A stretch of 64,000 nt of DNA from contig OX597817.1 in NCBI GenBank assembly GCA_951406725.2, positions 51,522,001 to 51,586,000 on the forward strand, written 5' to 3'. The notes under the pieces were generated by a model. It did not search any database and was not told the DNA's origin. It was given only the letters and a program-made list of their open reading frames with translations. Each line of letters begins with the position of its first letter. Positions within the stretch are counted from its first letter, which is position 1. The translations under genes were made by a program, and so were the position numbers. Shown here piece by piece: positions 39,798 through 54,737 of the stretch. This DNA comes from Octopus vulgaris. Its lineage: Eukaryota.

Positions 39798-40477
39798 TGA
39801 TGGAAATGACAAGACAACAAAAGAATGAAAGAGACCTTAATATTATGTAAATAGAGGGATTTATCTGTAAATGTAATATGTGATAATTATTCGGTATCAC
39901 ATATATGCATATCTCTCTCTCTCTCTCTCGCCCCTCTCTCTCTCTCTCGCCCTCTCTCTACACTCACACACAAACACACACGCATACAACTCACACACAC
40001 ACACATACAAACACACAAACACACATATGTGCATATATGTATTGTTCGTTGTTGCGAATGCACACACATTCATTTATGCATTGATCTGATAGATACGAAG
40101 AAATATGCTTAATGTTTACTGTTTGAGTGGAATTAAAACGGCAATACTATTTCTAAAGACACAGGAAACACTGAATAGCTATACAGTTAAGTTTCTTGAT
40201 ATCTGCCAACTCCAGATCGCCATTGATTCTAAAACACAAAACAGTATTTTCAACAGTTCACATTTAAATTTTAGGCATCTGTCATACTTTGATATACGGT
40301 ACTTTTGTTAAGCCATGTTCGAAATCTCGGCTTAAAATTAGTTCCTTTATTAAAGCATTCAACTAACGGTATTTTTGTTTTTGCCCTCAACATTGCTTGC
40401 AACACTTAAGAAGTGAATTTTGATAGAAATTAAGTTAGGAATGTAACAAGTAGAAAACCACAAAGTAAAAGAATATA

Positions 40478-40568
<91 letters not shown>

Positions 40569-40643
40569 ACTTTGATAGGTTTCGGCCATTATTGGCCCAG
40601 GCCATGTCTAACTTAATAGCACCACCTGGTGAAGTCTTTCAAG

Positions 40644-43600
40644 TCAGAATTTTGGCACTATGGCCCACTCAAGTAGAGAGTTATTGTTTACAGAGACATA
40701 TCCGTGTGTAGGGGGTTTATCCGGGATTTCTTGAAGGAATCTGTCCAAAGACTTCTTGAACCCTATAGGGTCAGTTTCTGTTTTAATGTGTTTTGGTGTA
40801 ATGTTAAAGAGAGCGGGGCCAATTGAGGTGAAATAATTGTGCCGTATTGTTGTTATGAGATGAGAGTGCGATTTTTGTTTTGGGCGGATGGCACGGGGCC
40901 CAAGCCTTGGATGTACCTTAAAGGTGATGCCAACATCATTTGGGCAATGCTGATGGAATATTTTCCACATCAAGCAGATGATGTAGCGCTCACGACGACG
41001 TTGGAGAGAATAGAGTTTTAGCTTTTCTAGTCGACCCCAATAGTCGAGGCCTGTCATGCCATCTATCTTTTTTGTGATTGCCCTTTGAGGTGCTTCAACT
41101 TTTATGATACCTTGTATTGTGTGGGGAGACCACAGTGGACAACAGTATTCAAGGTGGGGTCGGGCAAAAGTGGAGAAGAGAAGGATAATGGTGTGGATAT
41201 CTCTCGACTGGAAAGTTCTGAGAATCCAGGAACACATTCTGCGGGCCATGTCAACTTTGGTGTTTATATGAGTGGCCCAGCTTACGTTGTTGTCCACAAT
41301 TACTCCCAAGTCTCTGATGTTGTTGGACGCCGCGAGAGTTTCACCTGAAGGAAGGGAGTATGGGAGTTTCAGGGCATCCTCTTTTCCAAAGTGGATTAGC
41401 TCAAATTTATCCTCGTTCAGCAGCATATTGTATTTTTCTGCCCATTGGATAACAGCCAGTAGATCTGACTGAAGGCATGTCCGGTCACTCGCCTCATTTA
41501 TGACCTTCTGTAGCTTGGAGTCATCTGCAAAGATTTTTATGTTGCTGTGCTTGATGATGTCATTAATGTCATTAATGTAAATGATGAAAAGAAGTGGGCC
41601 CAGCACAGTGCCTTGCGGAACGCCACTACTGACTTTGGCTGGGCTTGATTTTACCCCTTCAACTACAACATGTTGAGATCTGTCTGTCAGGAAACACTTA
41701 ATCCATTTCAGTAACTTTCCAGAGACACCAATGTTGGATAGTTTTTTCAATAGGATCTTGTGATCGACCCTGTCGAAGGCCTTACTGAAATCAAGGTAGA
41801 TGACATCGGTGTTGGAGCCCTCTCCCAAAGCTCTCAAAATGTCCTCAAAGTGATGCAGGAGCTGCGTTAGGCAGTCCCTTCCATTACGGAACCCATGTTG
41901 GTTGGAGATCAGCCGTCTGTTGCTTTCCAGAAATTGGGTTATTCGAGATCTCACCACCCTCTCAAATACCTTGATGATATGAGAGGTGAGTGAGATCGGA
42001 CGGTAATTCACTGCAAGGGACTTGTTTCCCTTTTGAAAACTGGGACAACAGACTGGGACAGAAGGTTTTTTGGAATATAGCCAGCATCCAGTGAGTTTCT
42101 CCACAGATTAGCAAGGGGAGATGCAAGTTGGTGTCGACACACCTTCAGGACACAAGCAGGGAACCTATCGGGGCCTACTGCTGAATTGTGTTTTATTTCG
42201 TTTATCGCCGCTAAGACATCAGGGGCACTAAACGTTATGTCCGATATAGTGTGTTGGGGGTTGACATCACTGATACAGCCCAGATCGGCCATATCAGGAT
42301 TGCTGAAAATAGAGCAGTATTGTTTCTGCAGTATCTCGGCCATGGATTTGGCATTATCTTGGAGAGTGCCAGTTTCGTCAATTAGAGGGCCTACAGTGGA
42401 GACAGTGACCCTGCGTTTCCTCGCAAATGAAAAGAACACTTTGGGGTTGAGTTTGATTTTTTCAATGGCCCACTTCTCCTCAGCTGATCTTTGGTTATTG
42501 ATGAGGGTCTTCATGCATTGTTGGAGGTTATATTTTTTGGATTCAAGCAGTGCGATAGCCGTCGAATGTGTGTGTTGCTGTTGGCAGTACTTTAGTTTGT
42601 TAATTTTTTTGTTTGTTCTTTTTATTTTTCTGATAATGGTTTTTCTGTTTTGGGGGATTCTGCACTTTTTGTTCACAGGTCTTGGTGGGGAGTGTTTTGC
42701 ACATATGTCTGTGACGGTGTCTACAAAGATCTGCCAAGATGTTTTATGGTTGGTGGAGATGTGTGTATGTGTAAAGGACCAGTCAACATTTGATAGCTCG
42801 TTCCTGATTGCATCCCAGTTGGCTTTATGGAGATCCATGTTGTCAAATGGGTGGGCTGGAGGAAGGTCACTAGGATTAGCTTTCGGCTGGTGGAATTTCA
42901 TGTTACAGAGAACCATGTCATGGTCTGAAAGAAGGGTTTTTTCCACTGTAACGTTATGTATAGTGTTAGTGTGGTTACTAAACACTAGGTCCAAAATGTT
43001 CTGATGTCTTGGTGCAAGGACAAGTTGGGACAAGAAAAACTCATTCATAAAGTCGAAAAGTGACTCTGCTGCTTCTTTGTCAGCGGTTGAGGCGGGAGTG
43101 CTTGGTTTCAAACAGTTTGTAGTCCAGTCAACACAGGGTAGATTGAAGTCTCCCATCATGAGTATGTTGCTAGAATGGCACTGTTGAATAAAGCACTTAA
43201 TGCTGTTGAGGCATTCTTTAAAGCACAGTATGGGTGTTTGGGGCGGCCTATAGAGCCCAATTACTGTCAGGTCATTGGCTTTGTTGTGCACGGTGACTGA
43301 TTCACAGTAGCCGTTGGAGAATATACTATTTCCATCTGCCGTAAATGAATCATGCAGGAAAATGGCAGTTCCACCCTTCCTCCTGCCGATACGATCCGCG
43401 CGGATGGTTGTGAAATTCTTCACTCTCACTTCGGCTTCCAAGTGGGAGTTGTCAAGGTGGGTCTCAGTGAGAATGAAGAAAGGGATGTGGTGTGAATGGC
43501 TACCAACCCAGTCTTCAATGAATTGGACCTTCCATTTTTGTGCATTGATGGAAGGGCTGACACCTTGTGCATTGAGTAGGAATGTGGAGGTTAGTGTAGT

Positions 43601-43768
43601 GGCTGGTTTTGACTGTTGCAGGGGGCTTGGATTTTTTGTGTGTGTTAGTGGCAGCAATGTGGGGAATTGGTGCACTGGGGTAATAGCATAGGATGGTGTT
43701 GAGTGATGGCTAGAATGTTTTTGTGTATCTCTTTTGTCATGTTCAACATGGCTAAAAAAGAATTTTCC
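40644..43768 (-). CDS. LINE ORF2: AP endonuclease + reverse transcriptase, with one frameshift near 42031-42034
   Basis: LTETHL, MMGDFNLP, NILDLVF, LSDHD; NYRPISLTS, YLDFSKAFD, SGVPQGTVLGPLLF, FADD; VPVFK|KGNK needs one extra A. Confidence 0.92.
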
Positions 43769-44874
43769 TGCTTAGGGAGCAGTTTTTGGCTGGAGGTGTG
43801 GTTGCACTGTTGGATAGGGTTGTAGTTTCCACTTTTGTTGTTGTTGTTTTTGTGTCTTCCTGAAAAGACTGGACCAGCATTACTGCAGCATGGTGTGTTT
43901 CTATTTTTATTGTTATTCAGGTTTGTGTGTTGGCTTGAGGCCCCGTTTCTGTTTGTGCGTCGGGTCCCTGGAAGATGAGTGAAGGGACAGTCACTCAGTA
44001 GACATGTTCTCTCACGTTGGGAATACCGGCAGATTTTGGGACTCCGAGTTGTGTGTGTTTTGAATTTCGATTTACTATTTGGTGGTGTTGATGTTATTGT
44101 GGGATGCGTGCTTTGGCCTTGGCCGGTAGTGCGTCTAGTGCCGGGTAGATGCGTGAAGATGCAGTCACTATTTGTGCAGAGTCTCTGGCGCAGTGAATAG
44201 CGGCATATTTGGGGATTTCTTGTTTGTGCCGTGGGGGGCGCATTCTGCTTCCTATGTTTCTTTAAGTTTTTGTTACTGCAGTAGTATTGAGGTGGTGATG
44301 TGGGGGAAGAGGGCAGTGGTTTCTTATTTGGTTTTCTGTTGGTATTTTTGGTGATAGAAGACGATGGTGGCAGCGGTGGTGATGATGATGATGATAATTG
44401 TGGTGGTTGCTGTGAGAGCGGTGAAAAGATACTGGCATTTAGTGAATCATCTAGTAAGCTAGAGTTGAGGAGTGGCTGTTGTTGTTCTTGTTGCTGTGGC
44501 TGTTGTTGTTGTTGTTGTTCTTGACCGATGTTAGGGTCAGCCATTGTGCTGGGAACCAGGAGTGGCTCATTCTGTTGTTGTTGTTGTTGTGGCTGCTGAT
44601 TTTCTAGCTGTTGTTGTTCTTGAACTGTGAAAATATGTAGAAGCTTTTCATAATGGCCTCTTATCAGTTTGAAAGATACTTCGATATGTTTCAGCTTGCT
44701 ACGAATCTGTTTGACGGATCGTGTGTTGACCACTTGTGATGTTTTTTCGGCAATCTCATTCAAACACAAGACATTTAGATTTTCTGTTTGGGAAAGAGAG
44801 AACCATGTGTTTATTAAAACATCAATTTCGTTATCAGACCAATTTCGTCTGTTGCAGGCCTGCAAGTTAGTCAT
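43645..44874 (-). CDS. LINE ORF1, 409 aa: Myb/SANT-like N-terminus, polyQ/S/P linker, two CCCH-type zinc fingers
   Basis: NWSDNEIDVLINTW...RSVKQIRSKLKHI; ICRYSLRQRLCTNSDCIFTHLPGTRR and ICRYSQRERTCLLSDCPFTHLPGTRR. Confidence 0.82.
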   Translation of the reverse strand: MTNLQACNRRNWSDNEIDVLINTWFSLSQTENLNVLCLNEIAEKTSQVVNTRSVKQIRSKLKHIEVSFKLIRGHYEKLLHIFTVQEQQQLENQQPQQQQQQNEPLLVPSTMADPNIGQEQQQQQQPQQQEQQQPLLNSSLLDDSLNASIFSPLSQQPPQLSSSSSPPLPPSSSITKNTNRKPNKKPLPSSPTSPPQYYCSNKNLKKHRKQNAPPTAQTRNPQICRYSLRQRLCTNSDCIFTHLPGTRRTTGQGQSTHPTITSTPPNSKSKFKTHTTRSPKICRYSQRERTCLLSDCPFTHLPGTRRTNRNGASSQHTNLNNNKNRNTPCCSNAGPVFSGRHKNNNNKSGNYNPIQQCNHTSSQKLLPKQENSFLAMLNMTKEIHKNILAITQHHPMLLPQCTNSPHCCH

Positions 44875-45489
44875 GTTTGTTTTTCTTTTGTTTGTTTTCC
44901 TTTTGATTTTTGAAAATATATATATTCTTTCTTGGGAGTTAAAGAAGTGTACATATATATAAATGTTCTCTCTTAAGGGTGTGAGTTTTTGATTATTTGG
45001 TTGTTTGAGGATATTAAAAGAAAAACAGGTGTATATAACAATTTGTAGTTAAATGAAAACGTACTTACGGGTTTGTAGGCAAACACGTCGTTACAAATAT
45101 AAATATATTTAAGGTCAGTTAGTTTTGAAGCTGTGTAGCTTGCTACTGACTTGGAGAGAAACAAATAGACGTCCGTCCACTTCAACAGTTAATTCAACAA
45201 TATGAATATATATATATGTATATATATATGTATATATATATGTATATATATATATATGTATATATATATTTATATATATATGTATATATATATATGTATA
45301 TATATATATTTATATATATATGTATATATATATATATGTATATATATATATGTATATATATATGTATGTATATGTATATATATGTATTTATATATATATG
45401 TATATATATATATATATGTGTGTGTATATATATATATGTATATATATATGTATATGTATTTATACATATATATATATGTATATGTATTT

Positions 45490-45547
<58 letters not shown>

Positions 45548-45555
45548 TCTTCTTT

Positions 45556-45967
45556 TATTTTAATTCGTTTAACTGTTTCAGGTATTCGACTGTTGCCATG
45601 CTGGAGTTCCGCTTTATGTTTTAACAAGTCGACCACAGGACTTTTTCTTTCTAAGCTTAGTACTTATTCTATCGGCCTCTTTTGCCGAATCGCTAAGTGA
45701 AGAGGGGGTAAGCACACTAACATTGGTTGTCAAGTGATGGTGGGGAGGACAAACACAGACACAAATAACAAATACAGACATACACATACATATATATGTA
45801 TATACGACAGGCTTCTGTCAGTTCCCGTCTACCAAATCCACTCACAGGGCTTTGGGCGGCCCGAGGCGACAGTAGAAGACACTTACCCAAGGTGTCACGC
45901 AGTGGAACTGAACCCGGAACATGTGGTTCAGAAACAAGCCTCATACCACACAGCCACTCCTGCGCCT
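45556..45967 (-). mobile_element. SINE family A, full length
   Basis: Head ggcgcaggagtggctgtgtggta on the minus strand. Confidence 0.82.
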
Positions 45968-46192
45968 ATATACACATATTAAGAGGGACAGAGAGAGAAA
46001 GAAAGAGAGAGAGAGAAGCAGAGACGAAGACAGGGACAGACAGATACACTTACTGATAGACAGATAGATAGATACATACACAGACAGACAGATAGATATG
46101 TGTGTATACACATACATATACATACATGCATACACGCAAACACACACACATACATATAATCAAAATAAGCAACGGGATATCGAGTAGTGATT

Positions 46193-46274
46193 CACTATGA
46201 CCGTTTCAAGCGGCTTCATTTAATTGAACAATGCAATCATTGCATCTATTTAAATGTAGTGCCATCTTCAGCTG
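46193..46274 (-). ncRNA. Decayed type-I hammerhead with a long stem II
   Basis: Minus: cag CTGAAGA tggc..catttaa...ttaaatg..gccgctt GAAA cggtca TA gtg. Confidence 0.55.
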
Positions 46275-47322
46275 CACAAATAAATAGATAAAATTTTAAC
46301 TAGTAGGACACATTAATGTAATTTTTCTCAAATATTTTAAAGAGCAAGACGATGGAAGAAACTGGTGCTGTTGCTATTGTAGCTAGGAATAGACTACACT
46401 TCCATGAATCGCATAAGCCTATTAGGGTCATATTTTGTAAAGGATTGTGATTCATTTCTAATTCATTTATCTCTTTGTCAACTACTAAATCTAAGACTAG
46501 ACAAGTGTGTCTATTTTGAATAAAGGACAAGAGTGGGTTGACAGCTCATGGCTAGGTGTGGTCATAAATATTATCAGATGTATCCCTTTTCCTCAGCGAG
46601 GAGAGAAGACATTAGGAGTAGTCAATTGGATATAAGTATCTTTCTATAAAAATGGAGCTGTGTAGGGGAATACTTTAAATCAAGATGTTAATTACCAGTT
46701 AAAGGGGTAAGATGCTAAGAATCCTAAGATGTAAATACAGAGGAAATTGTATATGGGAGTACTATAGGGGACTGTTTATAAACAATATTATTATGTTGTA
46801 TAAAAATAAAATTTTAGATTAAAATATCATAACGAAAATAAGTAAAATGTGTGTATATATCAATTATAAACATTAAAAAGGAAATATTACATAGAATCAA
46901 TTTAATATTCATTCATGTACTTAATTAATTACTTATTAAGTGGTTTCTATAAAGACTGCTCAGGGCATTTATTTATGAAATAACTGTAAAGATAAACATG
47001 TTATCTCTCTGTTAATTTTAAGCCATGAATCAGAAAAAAGTAAAGATGCATACAGATACAAACACATTTGTATATGTGCACACATATATCAGTGAACAAT
47101 AGCGATTATGGCTTGGAATGGCTACACCAGCTTGGTTCAGTGACTGCTTAGATAACGGAGTAAGGTTCGTGCTGTTGCAAAGGACAACAAAACCCAGATG
47201 TTTTCTTAATAACTTCAACACTGTTCACCACCACCGGAAGAAACAGTGCTGTCAGGAAGTGCTCTAATCATTGCGGTCTCCAGTCGATGGCTGATAAAGT
47301 GAATATGTCGCAATACAAGCTA

Positions 47323-47864
47323 TTGGGATGTCCGGAAAGTTCCTGCCGATTTATAGTAGCTTACCTTTCGATGTATTTTAGAACTTGGTTGAGTCCATAA
47401 AATAGGATTTGACTACACCTCCATTTAGAGCACAGTTTAAGCTATCTTTTCGGGGAAGGTCTATATTCCTATAACCTGTGTTAATTCTGTAACCCTTTAA
47501 AATGGAAGATAAGAAAGTTTATTTTCGGCACTTGATGCTTTGGGAACCAGACAAAAACTGCTGCAGGTTGGCTGGGATGTGTTACCGCACCCTCCATATT
47601 CACCAGATATTGCCCCTCGGATTTCCACTTATTCAGGTTTCAGCAGAATAGTCTTAATGGTAAAAATTTCAATTCCTTGGATGGCGTAAAAAGATACTTT
47701 GAAACCACATCAATTCTGGGAAGAGAGTATTTTCAAGTTAAAGGAACGATGGAGACGCATTGTGCAACAAAATTGTTCGTATTTGATTGACTAAAAATGT
47801 AATGGCAAATATTGATTGTCCTTCTTTCCTTTAAAAATCGGCATGAACTTTCCGGACAACCCAA
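47323..47864 (+). mobile_element. Mariner internal-deletion derivative with TIRs and TA duplication
   Basis: TA-ttgggatgtccggaaagttcctgccgattt ... aaatcggcatgaactttccggacaacccaa-TA; MEDKKVYFRHLMLW and LGWDVLPHPPYSPDIAP. Confidence 0.88.
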
Positions 47865-48635
47865 TATAATATTTAAGCGTATAGCGATACTAATAGAGAG
47901 TTATTCGTTTTCAGATGCATTAGAATCTGAGAGAAGATATTATCGGCAATTAGTTTGTACAAAGCAGATGGGTCGTAACTAATTTTTCGTTGAAGATGGC
48001 GCCCTTATTTTGCAAGCTAATTTTTCCACATGGAAAAATAAACAAGTGAGTGAAAGTCAACAGGTTGATAATCAATTAGATAGATTTGCAGTCGACTTCT
48101 ATGACACATAGTTGGAGACAAGCGGAGTTGGCTATTATAGGGTAATTTGGTCCCGTATAAATACTCTGTTGACACTGCACCAAGACAAACAGCCGGCGTC
48201 TCGTCATGTGAGTTAGAGGGGTCGTATGAGAGAGAAAGGAAAGGAGACAATAAGAGAGTAAGGGAGAGTTAGAAGAGAGACAAAGAGAGAGAATACAAAA
48301 GAGTGAATAAATTGAATAAGTTAAGTTATATATTGCGCATAGCGGGAACAACAGAGACGTGGTGAGAGTGGAAAGCACCCATTTATGTACGAGAAACACG
48401 GAGGATACGACGAAGAACAAATAGAAGAAAAAAAATAAGGAAAGGTAACTGGATGTGGAAATAGATTTGTAGAAAACTGATGGAGAAGAATGGTTTTCTA
48501 TGTCAAGAGATAATGTGATATACATGTCTAGATGTTGAATAAGTATCTTCACGTACGCAAACACATCCACACACCCAAGCATACACACAAAGCCATATAC
48601 TTGTGTGCGAATATACGTATACATCCACGCATGTA

Positions 48636-48725
<90 letters not shown>

Positions 48726-49292
48726 AACACACATATATACATCTATATATATATAAACATACATATATACATCTATATATATATATATATATATATACAT
48801 ATACATCTATATATATATACACACACATATATATATACATATACACACACATATATATATATATATACATATAGAAAACACGAATATATGCATACATACA
48901 TAAATATACGCATAAATATAAGCATACACGCATATAAGACATTCACATACAGACGCAACACACACACACACACACGACACACACAAACTCGCACCTTTCG
49001 CCAACACGCACTCCTCTTATAATTGTAACTCTATACAACGTCACATAATGACGTATCTCGTTATACAAAGGTGTGTGCTTGTATGTGTGAGAGAGAGAGA
49101 GAGAGTGTGTGACTTTTCTCCATTATTGACAAATTGTAATGGCACAAACAAATCACCAACATCAATAAGCTAGAATTACAAGCAATAACGCGATGTAGCA
49201 GTCTATAGTCTAGGAAATAGATGTCTACAGTCTATAATTGTAGCCAAATTCATTTTGGGTATTTACGTATATACATATATATATATACACAT

Positions 49293-49356
<64 letters not shown>

Positions 49357-49567
49357 ATATATGTGTATATATATATATAGTTCTTAAAGTAACGTTATTA
49401 ATATATATATATATGTATGTATGTGCGTACGAATGTATTTATGTATGTTTGTGTGTATATTTGCTTGTATATATGTAAATGTATGTAATTACATACTCAA
49501 ACATATGCATACATATACATACGTATAAATATACACATCGTATATAAAATACAATAGACACACAGAT

Positions 49568-50740
<1,173 letters not shown>

Positions 50741-50743
<3 letters not shown>

Positions 50744-50778
50744 TAGTTAGACACTCGAATAGATCGATCATATCTATA

Positions 50779-50812
<34 letters not shown>

Positions 50813-50850
50813 TATAGATATGATCCATCTGTTCGAGTGTCTAACTACCT
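50741..50850. repeat. 41-bp inverted repeat enclosing (TA)n
   Basis: aggtagttagacactcgaatagatcgatcatatctatattc / gaatatagatatgatccatctgttcgagtgtctaactacct. Confidence 0.85.
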
Positions 50851-50970
50851 ATGTATGTTGTATGCACATATATACATACACACAGACTATCTGCTGCATT
50901 GTGTTTATGTGTTAATGTATTTCTGCATTTATCTGCTTTTCACTTGTATACTGTACACACACACACATTA

Positions 50971-51002
<32 letters not shown>

Positions 51003-51030
51003 ATGCATATCTGCGCAACTCATTCACCCT

Positions 51031-51069
<39 letters not shown>

Positions 51070-51282
51070 CAAGCGCCAATTATTTTCATATGTATATTTA
51101 ACAACGAACGGACAAACACTCGAACAATATGTTCGCAAGACAAAACAAATGGCGCTGCACACAGTACAGACATGCACACACTCATTCACTTACACACACG
51201 CATATATACACACAATTTTGCACACTCATACACACAAACGTACATTCATACATACAGACATATATCTATCTATCTATCTATC

Positions 51283-51342
<60 letters not shown>

Positions 51343-51374
51343 CAGATAGATAGATAGACAGATAGATATAGATG

Positions 51375-51441
<67 letters not shown>

Positions 51442-51536
51442 ATGTGTATATGTATGCATACGTACACATCTTTTTCTGTGTCCTGATGTTTTCTACTTGA
51501 AGTGTCTATATATATATTGTATATATATATATATAT

Positions 51537-51621
<85 letters not shown>

Positions 51622-52209
51622 GTATGTATGTATATATGTGTTCTGTATGCAGTAACTCCCCTATTGTCATAATATATGCATACATACATATGTGTGTGTG
51701 CGTGTATATACATAAAGAGGAACTTACACGTCGCATACACCCATTCCTTCGCCACACTCAAACGTACATATTTATTCGTTTCAAAGTTCTGTCTTTATCT
51801 AAGCGCACATATACGTGCGTGCGTATGCCCGTGCGTATGTATATACATTATATATACATACACATATGCATTCGTTTGTATGTGGTACATTCATACAACA
51901 ATCTTGTAATTCTAGAATTGGTATCTAAACTATGATGTAAAGTATTTTTTAGTATGTTTTTTTAATAGTATATTTGTGTTGTTTGTTATTTTTTCCCGAT
52001 GCCATTAGAGAATTTTACACTTTCCAATTATACCATATTGCTTGAAATTACAAAGAAATGTCTGCTCTAACATACAACAGGACAATTAATTTGTATATAG
52101 AATTATTCACAATTATATGTTTTGTGTAGACAAGAAGCATTAGTGTGTGCCGGATACTACGAGGTCAGCCAAGTTCAGAGGTGACTTGACAGTGATTTGA
52201 ACTTCATTA

Positions 52210-53000
52210 TAAAAAACTCTTTATTGAATTGTATACGATTTCTATTTTACCATACTTTGTTCTATGATGCACTTGGACACCTCAGTGAGGTTTGCTGGGT
52301 CATTAGTTGTTTTGGGTCTTTCAAACTGAGAGACCCTCACCCGGTGACCCGGCCGGGGTTGTTCAAACCCTGGCATGTAACCCGTTAGTAATACTCTTGG
52401 TAACACTACGCCTGGTAGCTCTGCGCCATCCAGGTTTCGCATCTCCTGATCCCCCTTAAAGCAACCTCTGCTACCTCCATAGCTTCCGTGATGCCAAACA
52501 TGCTGTAAGCTCCGCTCACTGACGGGCTTCCCAAACCACTGTGCTGGACCTTGATGGTATCACAGTTTGCTGGTCACCCATTACTTTGGTATACGAGGAG
52601 ATGCTGAAAAGTTCCTTCCTTTAAGTGTGTCGCGAAAGGACTGGTTTGAGGCCCAACCTTCCTAGTTCCTTTACAGGTCTTAGAAAATCTGAAGGACTGC
52701 TGCAATAAGTGTATGAATCTGAGAGGGGAATATGATGAATAAAATCATAATTAGCCGATCCTCCTGTATTTTCTTTTACCAACAGCCAGGAATCTTTCAA
52801 CACCCCTTCGTAATTCCACTGACTCAACATATATTCTCTTCTTACTCTCGTTTGCCTCCTTGATGCGATTATCCCTGGGAACAGAAAGTTCTAATAGAAC
52901 TGCTTCTGAGTCTCTGAGATCAGTTCCACACCCGGCCTCAGGTAACTGTGATCCTAAGGTAACTGCTTTTGAGAACTCCAGCGACTCACTGTCTTTCGCT
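52210..53000 (-). mobile_element. Hero-like RLE LINE 3' relic interrupted by a mariner MITE
   Basis: LLELSVPRDNRIKEANESK resembles the Hero LELTVPWE.R..EA.ERK motif; 3'UTR ccggccgggtcaccgggtgagggt...tgaaagaccc; AATAAA near 52220. Confidence 0.6.
52594..52810. mobile_element. Mariner-type MITE
   Basis: TA-cgaggagatgctgaaaagttcct ... aggaatctttcaacaccccttcg-TA. Confidence 0.7.
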
Positions 53001-53214
53001 GGTTCATCCTGTACATAATAATCTTCCTAAATATACTTCTCATTCACATAATTTGGTTCTGTAGATGAAGAGATGAGATTTCGGCAACCGCCTATATTTT
53101 GACCATTCGGCATTACTTCACTTCTTATGCATCCCAGTCGCATTTCACAACAATTTTCACTGGGTTCTCCATCTTGAAATATTCCTTGTTGATGAGTTAA
53201 TATCCAGTATTATA

Positions 53215-53582
53215 CGGCGGCGAGCTGGTAGAATCGGTAGCACGCCGGTATTTCGATGCCGCTACGTTCTGAGTTCAAATTCCGCCGAGGTCGACTTTGC
53301 TTTCATCCTTTCAGAGTCGATTAAATAAGTACCAGATACGCACTGGGATCGATATAATCGACTTAATCCGTTTGTCTGTCCTTGTTTGTCCCTTCTGTAT
53401 TTAGCCCCTTGTGGGTAGTAAAGAAATAGGTATTTCGTCTTCCGTTGCGTTCTGAATTCAAATTCCGCCGAGGTCGACTTTACATTTCATCCTTTCGGGG
53501 ACGATTAAATTAAGTACCAGTTGCGTAATCGACTGGACTCCTCCCCCAAAATTTCGGTCCTTGTGCCTAGAGTAGTAAAGAA
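53215..53582 (+). mobile_element. SINE family B dimer
   Basis: Two tandem gttctgagttcaaattccgccgaggtcgacttt-type units. Confidence 0.8.
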
Positions 53583-54407
53583 TATCCAGTATTATGTTAT
53601 CTGTGTACTTGTGCGTGCATATGTGTATGCATTTGTATGTTTGCGCGTTAATGTGCGCAGAGGTGTGTGCGCGTATGTGTGGGTGTATTTTACAACAAAT
53701 GAAAAGTTCTTAATATCTATTTCCAATAAGCTATTTCCTTCAAAGAAGCGCTTGCGTTTTTAAAGCCATTTTATCCCGCATGACTTTATTGACACGACTT
53801 ACTTAAGATTTCTTTTTTTACTTCAATTTCATAACATCATCTTTATTTTCATTTCATATTTTCTAATTATTTCCGTTTTTATTTACATTTTTTCAAATCA
53901 AACCCTCTCTTTCCACCTTCCTAGATATAAAAGCCGTTTCTTCGCCCCCACCACACCACCACGACTTTTATATAATATCTCTTCTCAATATTTACCTTCC
54001 TTTCATTAAGCCTCGTTGTTCTTTGAGGAAGATAGTTCCCAGTTTCCTTTGATGTTACCATGGATACTGAAAACATCAGATTGCTATGCCTCACGCTGGG
54101 ATTTCCGTTGATCTGTATTTATTAATTTTCGTGTGGCTTTTCCGTCAATTTTTTGTTATTTCTAATATATTTTCATCGATATTTATTCCAGCTAATCTCT
54201 AATCATATACATATATCCTTCTATATTTACTATATCTGTGGAAATGTTAGCTTGAGGTTATAAGTTTGTTGTGACAGAGTTTCCAAGAGACCTTGTATGA
54301 TATTCGCCCATGTTTTAGGGTTTTATTAGTTTCTTCCGTTTTCTATGCTGCTGTTATTTCTTCTTTCGAGCTTCCTTGGTTCTGTGATCTTTTCATTTTG
54401 TATTGAG

Positions 54408-54737
54408 GCCACATGAAAGCGTATAGCTAGGTGATTACAATATTTGACTCCCGATCGTAAGGTCGTAAGTTCAATTCCCGGTGACGCGTTTTGTCCTTGA
54501 GCAAGACACATTATTTCACCTTGCTCCAGTCTACTCAACCGGAAAAAATTAAGTGGTACCTGTAATTCAAAGAACCTACCTTGTCACATTCTGTGTAACG
54601 CTGAATCACCCTAAGCATGGCGCTGAGTGTACATGTATTTGTGGAGTACTCAGCCACTGGCACATTAATTTCACGAGCAGGTTTTTCCGTTGATCGGATC
54701 AACTGGAATCCCCGTCGCTGTAACCGAAACCAGTGCC
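54408..54737 (+). mobile_element. SINE (head D, tail type 1)
   Basis: agttcaattcccgg B-box; tail as at 12460-12650. Confidence 0.7.

Larger units (their letters stand above)
40568..45200 (-). mobile_element. Apparently full-length CR1-group LINE inserted in a (TA)n tract
   Basis: 5'UTR, ORF1, APE-RT ORF2 and a short 3'UTR with a ggcc-aataat-ggcc hairpin; (TA)-rich on both flanks. Confidence 0.92.
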
